DNA of 64,000 nt, from assembly GCA_963750165.1 (NCBI GenBank), contig CAVVPN010000003.1, positions 1,216,001 to 1,280,000 on the forward strand, read 5' to 3'. This DNA comes from an uncultured Gemmataceae bacterium (lineage in GTDB: Bacteria > Planctomycetota > Planctomycetia > Gemmatales > Gemmataceae). The position numbers and the translations under genes are program-made. Every line of letters starts with the position of its first letter. Position 1 is the stretch's first letter. The notes below the pieces were generated by a model. It searched no databases, had not been told where the DNA came from, and saw nothing but the letters and a program-made list of their open reading frames with translations. Below, one piece after another: positions 18,422-27,878 of this stretch.

Positions 18422-18928
18422 ATGAAACTCTGCATCGCACTGAGTACGCTGTTCGGCGTGGTCGCGCTGACCACCGTGGAGGCCCAGCTCCCCAAGAAGG
18501 AAGAAATTCCCAGGTTCATCGGCCAGTTGAAGAACTCGAAAAGCGCCCAGGAGCGCGTCGCCGCCGCCGAAGCCATTGGTCGCCGCGGCGCCGTCATCGT
18601 CACCGACGTGAAGGATGCCATTGGGCCGCTGGCCAACGCGGTCAAGGTCGATGGCGACGCCCAGGTGCGCGCCGCCGCGGCCAGGGCACTGGGCGAGATC
18701 GGCAGCGAACCCACGATCACGGTGCCAGCGCTGACCGAGGCGCTCAAGGACAAGACGGTCGTGGTCAAGATGGCGGCCATCAACGCCCTGGGCCAGATCG
18801 GCAAGGACGCCAGCCCCGCCATGCCGCAGCTGCGTAAGATCGCCCAGGAAAAGAAGGAAAAGAAACTCTCGCAGGCGGCCAACGCGGCGCTGAAGGCGAT
18901 CAGCGGCAAGAAGAAAAAGAAGGGTTAA
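18422..18928 (+). CDS. Secreted HEAT-repeat protein
   Basis: Signal peptide; RVAAAEAIG, VRAAAARALGEIG and VKMAAINALGQIG. Confidence 0.88.
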   Translation: MKLCIALSTLFGVVALTTVEAQLPKKEEIPRFIGQLKNSKSAQERVAAAEAIGRRGAVIVTDVKDAIGPLANAVKVDGDAQVRAAAARALGEIGSEPTITVPALTEALKDKTVVVKMAAINALGQIGKDASPAMPQLRKIAQEKKEKKLSQAANAALKAISGKKKKKG

Positions 18929-18987
18929 CGCCTGGGCCAGGATCGTATGCTGTAAGGAGGAGGACATCTTTCATTGCAGATTGCGAC

Positions 18988-19057
18988 TGGGTGTAGCGGA
19001 AGTCGCCAGACTTCCGAGCAGCACCGGACGGAAGTCTGGCGACTTCCGCTACACCCA
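18988..19057. repeat. GTAG-type REP doublet, family L
   Basis: TGGGTGTAGCGGAAGTCGCCAGACTTCCG / CGGAAGTCTGGCGACTTCCGCTACACCCA. Confidence 0.85.
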
Positions 19058-19378
19058 ACTGCGAACCGCTCTAGCTTTTCGACAATCCAAGGTTCTGTTG
19101 GCCGTGGTACTCGGAAGCGGAAATGAATGCGAGGTTGAAGGCCCTCGCGGTCTCCGGGCCCAGCCACAGACATCGCCTGAAGGTTTCCTTGAGTGCCAGA
19201 CGATTGCAGAGGAGACCTTCGGTGGCGCTGTGCCTGGACCTGGCGGTTCGACCCGCCCATCAACTCCGACTACGCCCAGCAAATCGCGGCGTTCCTGGCC
19301 GCGCGCGGGCGTGAGAACGCGGGCGTCCCACCGCAGGAATTGCACTTTGCAGTGGGCAGCAATTAACACGGAGGACTC

Positions 19379-19648
19379 ATGGCCGAAATGACCATCCGCC
19401 TGATCTGCAACCCGGCGACCGGCAAGAAGGACATCATCATCAAGCTGCGCTCCGACGAGGACGCGCTGCCGCACGAGCACGAGCAGCAGCACCGCGCCCT
19501 GGTCGAGAAACTCATCCACGGCGGCGTCGTGGCGGCCAGCGAGGTCGGGCACATCGTCGTCGAGCGTGAGCAACCCGAGGCGGCGCCGGCCGCGGCCGCC
19601 AAAACTCCGCCGCAGGATCAACGCGCCGCCGTCGCCGAGGGAAATTGA
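19379..19648 (+). CDS. Small protein, possibly FtsH-ternary-system X3-like
   Basis: GGAGG RBS; MAEMTIRL...PATGKKDIIIKLRSDEDALPHEHEQQH. Family assignment is from recalled similarity only. Confidence 0.7.
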   Translation: MAEMTIRLICNPATGKKDIIIKLRSDEDALPHEHEQQHRALVEKLIHGGVVAASEVGHIVVEREQPEAAPAAAAKTPPQDQRAAVAEGN

Positions 19649-19655
19649 GCCCATC

Positions 19656-22600
19656 ATGGTCCTGTACTTCCCCGACAGCGACACCCTGCGCCTGGCCCTG
19701 ACCAGCGGCGCCGTGCCCGCGGCCGTCAGCGCCGCGGCCGTGCGCGCCGGCTTCGACCCCCAGGGCCCCTGCTGGGTCGAGCCGTCCGTCGGCCTGGCCC
19801 GCGCCGCCCTGCGCGAGCTGTCTCGCCTTGGCGTCAACGTCGTCCGCGGCCAGGAAAAGAAGCTCACCGACGCCCTCACCTGCTGGCGCAGTTGCTGCCG
19901 CTGCAGCGCCTGGCGGCGCCGCCGGCCCCGTCCGCCCAGACGCCCGTGCTGTTCGAGCTGGCCGACGCCGCGCAACTGCCGGCCATCGCCGGCGAAATCC
20001 TCCGCCTGGGCAACGACCGCCAGGGCTTCCGCGCCCTCGCTGGCGACGACGACCGCCGCGCCTTGCTGCGCGTCGTCGGACCGCCGTACTACTCGCTACT
20101 GCGCGCCCTCGACCGCGCCGGAGATGGCGGCGCGCCCGTCGCCTACCTCGAAGCGGCGCCGCGCCTCTGGGTCCAGGTTGGTCACACGCACCCGCTGCTC
20201 GGCCACCTGCAGGCGCCACCCGGTAAGCTCGTTCTGCTGCGGCCGCCGCGGCACTGGCTGTTCCTTGATGAGGCGCCCTTCGGCGACATTTACGATATTG
20301 TGGAGTTTAGCTTGCCAAAGGCGCCCGTCCGGCTGCGCGAGGCGGCGCTGGAACAGCGGTTGGGGGTGCCGCTCCGCCTGGTCCCCGGCGGCGCCAACGA
20401 CGTGGTGGAACTGTGGGTATTGCGCGAGCGCGGCCTGGAACAGATTGACGAACTGGTGCGCCAGGCGGACGACCTGTTGTTGCCGCGGCTGTCGTTCGCG
20501 GTCGGCGAGCACGGTGGCCAGCGCATCTTCGTGCTGCGGGCGCGGAAGTCGAAACAACTGCCGCCTGTGGTCGTGCTGCCGGACGCGCTGGGATTCCGGC
20601 CGTACCTGCACCTGCCCAACCTGTTCCTGCCGTGCGGCACGCGGCTGCAGCCGCTGCGCCGCGACGCCATCCGCAAACTGCTCGCGGCGGACCTGGAGCA
20701 AACCACCTGGCTGTACCCGGACGGCCAGGGCGGCTTCACGCCGGAGAGCCTGCCCGACCACGCCTTCCGGCCGCTGGCCGACTGGATCGATTACGTCCTC
20801 GACCATGACCGCGCCGCGCTACAGACGTGGGTGGAAGCGACGCAGTTCAACTTCGACGGCTTCATCTGCCGCGACGAACAGGAGCCGGGCGAGAAGCAAA
20901 AAAAGGCCGCGCGCGACAAACGGCCCGAGTCCCGCAAGGGCGACGGCAGAACCGCGACCCCGGGAACGACGTTCCAGGCCCCAGCCCCGACCGAACAGCC
21001 CGCCGCCCCGCTCGCGCCACTGGAGCGCCAGCGCGTGGAGCCGAGCCAGCTGCAGCGCGAACTGAAGGCACTGGAGCAGCAATTCCAGGCCTGCGCTGGC
21101 CCCGTCGATGCTCCGGAGCGGCAGGCGCTGTGGCCGCGGTTGGCGGAACTCAACAGTGCCCTTGGCGAGCAGGACGCCATGATCTGCTGGGCCAACGCCC
21201 TGTGGAACGGTGGCGCTGATGTCGTCGAGCACGCCCGCCACTGGGCGGCTCATGAAACCCGCGATGGCGGTGGGATGCTGTCACCCCAGGAACTGGGGCG
21301 CATCCTCAGCGCGACTGACGTGACGCCGCCGGACGTGCGTCGCGTGGCCGCCGCGGTCATCGCTGCGGAAGGCCAGCCCGGGCCGCTGCCTCAGCGGCTG
21401 GCGGAGGTACAGGCGTTTCTCCAGCGGCAAGAACACCTGTTGCCGGTGCGCGTCGTCTGGCTGGCGGCGCTGGCGCTGTACCGGCTGTCCGGCGGCGACG
21501 TGCTGGCGCTGACGCGCTGCCGCGACCGCCTGCTGGAGCGGCTGTACAAGACCGGCCTGGCGACCGACCTGGACTTGCCGCGTTTCCTGCGCTTCTCGGC
21601 GGTGCGCGGCGACCGTCTGCGCCTTCCGCGACTGGCTGGTGAAGCTGCCGGCGCTGGTCGAACACTGGCTCACCGCGGTTGATCGCGGCGAGGCTGACCC
21701 GAAGAACACCAACGCCTACGCCCAACTGATCCTGGCCTTCGCGATGGCGCGGCTGGGCGACGAGCGGGAGAGCCAGCGATTGCAGAACCTGGCCCGCGCC
21801 CGCCTCCGGCAGCCGGACCTGGAACAGCCCGAGGTCCACGCGGCACTGCTGGACGCCTTCGAGTTTCGCATCGGCCAGCTGATGCAGCAGCAGTCGGCGG
21901 CCGGCCCGTTGCCCGCCGACTGGCTGGCGCGGGTCGAGCACATGGACCACACGACGCGCTACAAGGTGGACAAACTGAGGCAATACTCGCGCGTCCTGGA
22001 GCCGCACGTCAAGATCGACCCCTATCGGCGCTTCCAGGTGCGCTACGATGGCGACCTCGACCGGGCCCTGGTCCGCCTGCAGGACGTGGCGGACCGCCAG
22101 CAGTTGCACAACGAACTGCGGGCGCTGCGCGCACAGGTCGGCCGCACGACCGCCGAGGACAAGGAACGTTGGGGGCGGGTGCTGGCCGCCAGCCTGGTGC
22201 TGGCGCCGCGCGTCGGCGAAGCGCTGGCCGAGGAGTTGCTCGCCGAGGTAACGCCCGCCTGCGACCTGCTCGCGAACCTGTGGCGGTCGAAGAAGAAGAA
22301 CGCGGCGGCGGACGAGGTGCCTGCCTTCCTGGAGCAGGCCAACCTGCTGGAAAAGGGCCTGTTCCTGGCGGCCCACTTCGACCGTCCGGCGCGGGTCCAG
22401 GAGTTCGTCAGCCGCTTCCGCCGACTGCTCCAGACCCAGCAGGGGCCGGCCACCCTCAAGGTGCTCAACACCGTGGCCGACCAGTCGTTCCGCGGCCTGC
22501 GCAAGCTGGGGTTGCGCGACGAGATCGACCAGGTGCTGCGTGAGATGGCAGACCTGGTGCTGCGGGGCCGCGACATGACCGTGCTGCGCGACGACAAGGA

Positions 22601-23026
22601 CTGGCCGGCGATGCTCACCACGTTGCTACGCGTGGCGGACGGCTGGTTTTACTTCGGCAAGGAGGCGGAGGCCAACGCGGTCATTGAGGAGGCACGGCGG
22701 CTACTCTACGGCGGGAATCTGGAGCGGCAGCTGCAGCAACAGCTGGCGCTGGCCTATGCGATGACGCTGGCCCAGGCGCCCGTGGAACAGGCCCTGCACG
22801 GCATCGAGGAACTGTTCGGCAAACTCAAGCGGGCACACGATGTCTTCTTCACGAAGTCGCATTACGGCGTGATGCAACTGGCCCTGATCGAGTCCGTGGT
22901 GCTGGCGGTGGTCAGCGAGGACTTCGCCGTCGGGCGCAGGCGCGGCGCTGGCTGGACGACGAGGAATATCTGATCCGCCGGCGCGTCCACGAGGACGTCG
23001 GCGCGGCGCACCGCGCCACGGGATGA
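19656..23026 (+). CDS. Large (~1120 aa) protein, possibly FtsH-ternary-system X7-like; reconstructed across three frameshifts (~19887, ~21621, ~22935)
   Basis: Consecutive GC3-biased segments in ORFs 19566, 19892 and 21639 plus a terminal frame (RRWLDDEEYLIRRRVHED...stop 23026) join into one coherent protein if 1-2 nt are restored at each break. Confidence 0.7.
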
Positions 23027-23056
23027 GTGGCGTTCGCGGGCGCGGTTCCCATCCGA

Positions 23057-23102
23057 CCCCGTTTACGTTTCGCGGGCTGAAGGTCGCGCGAAACGTAAAC
23101 GG
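23057..23102. repeat. REP-like palindrome, family A (copy 3)
   Basis: CCGTTTACGTTTCGCG...CGCGAAACGTAAACGG. Confidence 0.85.
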
Positions 23103-23115
23103 AGCAGGCTTGTCG

Positions 23116-23523
23116 TTAATGTTGACAGGTCTGGCAATTTGCCCCGCAGCAGGGCGCCAGCCAGTTGGGGCCCATGAAGGCGGACGGTGGCAGGAAGTAG
23201 TAATAATTCGGCACCGTGCAATAGCAGGAGCAGGTGTGCCTGCAGGCGCACGGCGGCAACGGCAGCGGTCGATAGCACAGCCAGTTGAAGAAGTGCTCCA
23301 CACAGTTGCCGTGGCGGTTCGGCCAGCAGCCGTCCGTTCCGCAGCTGGCGCAGCCGTTGCAGCCGCCGTTGGGCACAGTCGCGCCGGCCGGCACGACGTT
23401 GGCCGGCGGCAGCCCGCCATTGGGGACGATTTGCGGCGGCGGGGCCTCGGCCACCTGGGCGCGGGCGACGCCGGTCACGCCGAGCAGCACTACGAGCATC
23501 ACGGGGAGAATGCGGGTCTTCAT
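23116..23523 (-). CDS. Small secreted Cys/Pro-rich protein
   Basis: AAGGAAGG RBS, signal peptide ending ARA-Q, Cys clusters CNGCASCG, CACRHTCSCYC and CCGANCQTCQH. Confidence 0.7.
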   Translation of the reverse strand: MKTRILPVMLVVLLGVTGVARAQVAEAPPPQIVPNGGLPPANVVPAGATVPNGGCNGCASCGTDGCWPNRHGNCVEHFFNWLCYRPLPLPPCACRHTCSCYCTVPNYYYFLPPSAFMGPNWLAPCCGANCQTCQH

Positions 23524-23702
23524 GGCCTTCCTTGGCTCAGGGGACACGGCCGCGCCCGGACTCCGCCCACCAGAATACCGGCGCAACCCTCACCCCTATC
23601 TTTCGGCGTTTGGCAAGCGGCAAGCCAATCGAAGGGGCCGCCCCGGTGCCGTGAAAACCGCGCCGCCCGTTGCGACCGATACCAGGCGCAGGATTACGCG
23701 GC

Positions 23703-24011
23703 TTACCTCGATAGGGCTTTCAGCTCCTCCGCCTCCAACTTGAGCAATGCCGCGGTGTTTTCGACACACTCCGGGTCGCGCCGCCGCCAGTCGGCGACGA
23801 AGCGGGCCGCCTCGGGCCGCGGGTTGTGGAGGTAGCCAAAGACAATGGCCTCACTGGCGGCGGCGTCCTCGGTCAGTGTGGGCTTGCGGTCCATCCGGAA
23901 GTTACCGCACTTCCCCTGTGCGGAGAGTCGGCACGAGGTTCCCGAGGGCCCGGCCAGGCCGATGGCGAGGACGGCGACGACGGCCAGGATGGCGACACGA
24001 AGGGCACGCAT
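23703..24011 (-). CDS. Short secreted hypothetical protein, possibly an internally deleted remnant
   Basis: GGAGG RBS and signal peptide; only 102 aa. Confidence 0.5.
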   Translation of the reverse strand: MRALRVAILAVVAVLAIGLAGPSGTSCRLSAQGKCGNFRMDRKPTLTEDAAASEAIVFGYLHNPRPEAARFVADWRRRDPECVENTAALLKLEAEELKALSR

Positions 24012-24065
24012 ACGGACCTCCCGGTTGGCAAGAACGTCCGATCCCGCGGATCACTCCGGAGCGAA

Positions 24066-24548
24066 CTACAGCAGCACTGGCGAACTCAAGTGCAGGAGCA
24101 GGCCGGGCACCCCCGGGTGCAGCAACCGGCCGCCGCCCAGCGGCAGGACGTTTACGGGGGCGCGCGTCGCCTCGTCGTGTTCCGGCTTGACCTGGCGCGA
24201 CGGCGGCGTCGGGGCTGTGCGCGGCTCCCCTGGCAGCGCCGCGCCGGGTGGTGCGGTTTTTCGGGGGATCGGCGGTGTCTCACACGGGCAGCGGTTCGCG
24301 GTACCGGCGCTGCCTTCCCGGGCCTCGGAACAGGCACAGGTGGCGTCCGTCCGGAAGCGGGTCGGCGACCAGCCGCCCACGGCCACGGCGAAAACGCCGG
24401 TGGCGACCAGCAGCAGCCCAAGGCCGCTGGCGGTCCACCTGGCCGCCCGCACGGTGCGACACCGACGGCAGTACACGCGGAGGCCGAGCCGGCCGCCAGG
24501 AATCGGCGTTTCCGTGCCACACCGCGGACAGGAGAGCAGGGTCGCCAT
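24066..24548 (-). CDS. Hypothetical membrane protein with N-terminal zinc ribbon (CPRC...CRRC)
   Basis: CxxC pairs followed by one TM segment and a Pro-rich tail. Confidence 0.5.
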   Translation of the reverse strand: MATLLSCPRCGTETPIPGGRLGLRVYCRRCRTVRAARWTASGLGLLLVATGVFAVAVGGWSPTRFRTDATCACSEAREGSAGTANRCPCETPPIPRKTAPPGAALPGEPRTAPTPPSRQVKPEHDEATRAPVNVLPLGGGRLLHPGVPGLLLHLSSPVLL

Positions 24549-24645
24549 GACTGGGAACCTCTGGACAGTGGGCCAGGCGGCCCGATCAGGTTCACGACAT
24601 TTGCTATATCCTACGCTAACGGCTGGTTGGTGCAACCGCAACCAG

Positions 24646-24701
24646 GGAGCCCGAGCGCCAGCGCGGGACCAGCGCTGGCCCCGCGCTGGCGCTCGGGCTC
24701 C
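24646..24701. repeat. REP-like palindrome, family H (copy 1 of 2)
   Basis: GAGCCCGAGCGCCAGCGCGGG...CCCGCGCTGGCGCTCGGGCTC; second copy at 40409. Confidence 0.85.
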
Positions 24702-24842
24702 GAGCAGGCGCTCGCGGCGGCTTTCGTGGTTGACACCCGCCGCCCCCGCCTGCCACACTCAAAGAGGTGGGTCCGTCGATTTGGCACAGGGGATGCGTTG
24801 ACGAACGTGGAGGTTGATTCCGTTACCACTGTGAGGTGGCTC

Positions 24843-26429
24843 ATGTCCCGCTTATTCGCGCTGCCATTCATTGCGACCGTGGCCCTGTTGCTCGACGCCG
24901 GCCTCGCCTGCGCCCAGCCCACCAACACCACGGAGGTCACCAGTCTGACGTTCACACCGGACGGCAAGAGCGTCCTGGCCACCAGCCTCGACGGTACGCT
25001 GCGTCGCTGGGGCCCCAGCGACGGCAAGGAAAAACAGCGCGTGACCGCCCACAAGGGCGGCGTCTACGGCGGCGCCCTGTCCGCGGACGGCAAGCGCTTC
25101 GCCACCGCTGGCGGCGATGGCAGCGCCCGTCTCTGGGATGCCGTCACGCTCAAGGAACTCCGCGCCTTCCAGGGCCACCGCGGCGAGGTCGTGGCGGTCG
25201 CGCTGACGCCGGACGGCAAGATGCTGGCCACCGGCGGCGCCGACAAGACCATCCGCCTGTGGGACGCGGACACCGGCAAGGCGCTCCGGCAGTTCCACGG
25301 CCATGAGGTCCGCGTCACCGGCCTGGCGTTCGCGCCGGACGGACGACTACTGCTCTCGGGGGGCGTTGGCAACGTGGTCATCCCGGGCTTCTTCATCAAC
25401 GCCCAGCACGCCGACCAGGCGGCCCTGTGGGACACGGCCACGGGCAAGCCGGTGCGCCAGCTAACGCAACGCGGCACTCAGGTGGCATTCGCGCCCGATG
25501 GCCGGCGGCTGGCGGTCGGCGGCGTGGTGATCGTCGGCAACCCGGTCGGCCAGGGCGTGAGCATCAGCGGCGGCGCCCGCGTGCAGGTTGGCCCGGTGAA
25601 CGACGGCCGGGGCTGGCAGAGCATCGAAGGCCAGGGCGGCGGCTTCGCCTTCAGCGCCGACGGCCGCTGGCTGGCCACCACCTGGGGCAGCCGGCAGCAC
25701 CTGGGCCGCGCCCTCTTCGAGAACCGCACCCGACACCGCCGCGTGGCGTTGTGGGAACTGGCGACTGGCAAGGAGGTCTTGCAGGTGAACGAGGACGGCG
25801 CCACCGCGGTGGCTCTGTCGCCGGACGGTAAGCGGCTGGCGGCGGGCCGGCTGTTCGGCGGCGTGGTCTTCTTCGACACGAAGCCGGCCGGCTGGACCGC
25901 CGACGCGGCCGCCAAACTGACGCCGGCGGATCTGGAGAAGTGCTGGCAGGATCTGGCCGCCGACGCCAACGCCCAGACGCCGCACCAACTTCTGTGGACG
26001 CTCAGCGCCGCTGGCGGCAAGACGGTCAAGGCGCTGCAGGACCGGTTGCAGCCGGTCAAGCCGGGCGGCCCGGAGGCGGCCCGGTTGATCGCCGACCTGG
26101 ACAGCAAGACCTTCAAGGCGCGCGAACATGCGTTCAAGGAGTTGAAGAAACTGGGGGCGCGCGTCGAGCCGGAGTTGCGGCAGGCGCTGCAAAAGCAGCC
26201 GTCCGGCGAGGCCCGGCGGCGTTTGGAACAGCTGCTGGCGGCCGTGGAGCAGCACCCCGCGACGCCGGACGAACTGCGCCAGCTGCGGGCGCTCGCCGTG
26301 CTGGAGTGGATCGGCGACGCCGAGGCGCAGGCGCTGCTGACGCGCCTGGCAGGCGGCGCGCCGGGGGCCTGGCTGACGACCCAGGCTCAGGACTGTCTGC
26401 AGCGGCTGCGCCGGGCGTCGAAGTCGTGA
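24843..26429 (+). CDS. Secreted WD40-repeat protein with C-terminal helical (HEAT-like) domain
   Basis: Repeats such as GHRGEVVAVALTPDGKMLATGGADKTIRLWD; C-terminal LRALAVLEWIG...LAGGAPGAWLT. Confidence 0.9.
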   Translation: MSRLFALPFIATVALLLDAGLACAQPTNTTEVTSLTFTPDGKSVLATSLDGTLRRWGPSDGKEKQRVTAHKGGVYGGALSADGKRFATAGGDGSARLWDAVTLKELRAFQGHRGEVVAVALTPDGKMLATGGADKTIRLWDADTGKALRQFHGHEVRVTGLAFAPDGRLLLSGGVGNVVIPGFFINAQHADQAALWDTATGKPVRQLTQRGTQVAFAPDGRRLAVGGVVIVGNPVGQGVSISGGARVQVGPVNDGRGWQSIEGQGGGFAFSADGRWLATTWGSRQHLGRALFENRTRHRRVALWELATGKEVLQVNEDGATAVALSPDGKRLAAGRLFGGVVFFDTKPAGWTADAAAKLTPADLEKCWQDLAADANAQTPHQLLWTLSAAGGKTVKALQDRLQPVKPGGPEAARLIADLDSKTFKAREHAFKELKKLGARVEPELRQALQKQPSGEARRRLEQLLAAVEQHPATPDELRQLRALAVLEWIGDAEAQALLTRLAGGAPGAWLTTQAQDCLQRLRRASKS

Positions 26430-26776
26430 GGTCCGATGAAGGGGAACAGAGTCCTCATGGCGCTCTGCGGCACCCGAAGCCCATGAAAATGGGGGCGAGT
26501 CGGGCTCGACTACCGGGGGCTCTCCGGTGCGACTTGAGGCCGCTTTCTGCATGGTGCCATGAGCCCGCTCCAGAGTCTGGCCCACGACCTCGTCTCGAAC
26601 CCGAACTGGTCGCCCCCGCACCCGCGGGGAGCACGCAGGGCAGCTGGTTCTACCCTTTGAGGTCTGTCGCGCCGCGGCCCCTGATGTCTTGTCCGCCCTC
26701 GGTCGCTCCGCGTACCCACGTGCCCGTTGGGGAGGGGGAGTTTGTGTCCCTCCCTAGAATTCATTTTCAGGGCAGC
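26430..26776 (-). mobile_element. Non-coding hairpin-rich element, candidate orphan IS110/IS1111-type non-coding end (long copy)
   Basis: No credible ORF; at least five short hairpins; 26596-26776 is duplicated at 27498-27678. Family assignment is inference. Confidence 0.5.
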
Positions 26777-26784
26777 AGCAGAAA

Positions 26785-27312
26785 TCAGACTGCCCGCCAC
26801 TGCTCCGCGGTCAGCCGATAGAAGACGTGCGGCAAGTTCGCATAGGTGCCGTCGCGCTCGTAGCGGAAGCCGGCCTTCTCCATGACGCGCTGCGAAGCGC
26901 GGTTGGTCAGCAGCGTGAAACACACCAGGTCGGGCAGGTGCAACTCCTCGAACGCGGCGCGAATGCTCTCCTTCGCCAGCTCGGTCGCCAGACCGTGGCC
27001 CCAGAACTCCGGCAGCAGCGCGTAACCGACCTCCACCTCGGATTTGCCGTCGAGCGTGAGCCGCCGCAGACCGCCGCGGCCGACGAACGCTCCGGTGTCG
27101 CGGTCGCGCATGATCCACAGACCGAAGCCGTCCTGCTCCCAGTTCCGCAGCAGCAACGCGAACCGCTCCAGCATGACGGCTTCGGGTTTCATGCCGCCGA
27201 GCGTCGCCATGACCTGCGAGTCGCTGTACATGCGCAGGATGTCGTCGCGGTCGGCCGCGGTCGGCCGAACCAGCAGCAGGCGTTCCGTCTGGCGGTCGGC
27301 AAGCGGCGGCAT
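26785..27312 (-). CDS. GNAT N-acetyltransferase (RimJ/RimL family)
   Basis: TERLLL, FVGRGGL, EVGYALLPEFWGHGLATE and NRASQRVMEKAGF; GGAG RBS. Confidence 0.92.
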   Translation of the reverse strand: MPPLADRQTERLLLVRPTAADRDDILRMYSDSQVMATLGGMKPEAVMLERFALLLRNWEQDGFGLWIMRDRDTGAFVGRGGLRRLTLDGKSEVEVGYALLPEFWGHGLATELAKESIRAAFEELHLPDLVCFTLLTNRASQRVMEKAGFRYERDGTYANLPHVFYRLTAEQWRAV

Positions 27313-27374
27313 GGCGAATCTCCTTCGGACCGTGACCGCCGCTCCCCGACAAGGGAATCCCCGCAGCGGACGCA

Positions 27375-27497
27375 GCACGCCCAAAACGATCTTGCAAACA
27401 GCCCCGCTCGGGGCTTTCAGCAAAAGGGTGCGGGGGCACCTTGTAGACCCCGCGCACCTCTTCGGCGTCGATCTCCACCCGCTTCACCAGCACCCGG
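27375..27497 (-). pseudogene. C-terminal fragment resembling a large serine recombinase
   Basis: RRVLVKRVEIDAEEVRGVYKVPPHPFAESPERGCLQD resembles the C-terminal RxLVKRIEI...VRIVY tail of serine recombinases; no start codon, and it abuts the repeat. Confidence 0.55.
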
Positions 27498-27678
27498 CGA
27501 ACCCGAACTGGTCGCCCCCGCACCCGCGGGGAGCACGCAGGGCAGCTGGTTCTACCCTTTGAGGTCTGTCGCGCCGGGGCCCCTGATGTCTTGTCCGCCC
27601 TCGGTCGCTCCGCGTACCCACGTGCCCGTTGGGGAGGGGGAGTTTGTGTCCCTCCCTAGAATTCATTTTCAGGGCAGC
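27498..27678 (-). repeat. Second (truncated) copy of the 181-bp element
   Basis: 180/181 identical to 26596-26776 (offset 902; single mismatch 26675 C vs 27577 G). Confidence 0.95.
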
Positions 27679-27878
27679 GTCCAGCTTTCAAGTGCTGGTA
27701 ATTAAGGAGTTACGGCAAAGCCGGACGATCTGTGAAGGCGGAACCACGAACGAAGATGCGTTCCAATTCATTCGGATGGATGTTCGATCTCGACGATGAA
27801 CGCTTCAAGCGGTGCTTGCGAAAGTCAAACACCCTGGTCGGGCGCAAGGTTGCGCCCAACCGGGGTGCCAGATCGCTG

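Noticed and set aside
19075..19330. Lower-GC stretch with short ORFs upstream of the 19379 gene
   Set aside because: No frame gives a recognisable protein or consistent codon bias; it may be a decayed remnant but this cannot be supported.
23116..23523. Cys-rich small protein as a RiPP precursor or metallothionein
   Set aside because: It has a Sec-type signal peptide and no adjacent maturase or transporter; Cys/Gly-rich secreted proteins are common in this lineage.
26596..27678. 181-bp repeat pair as a DGR TR/VR or a group II intron
   Set aside because: There is only one mismatch and it is not at an adenine; no RT gene; no recognisable domain V/VI or GUGYG 5' end.
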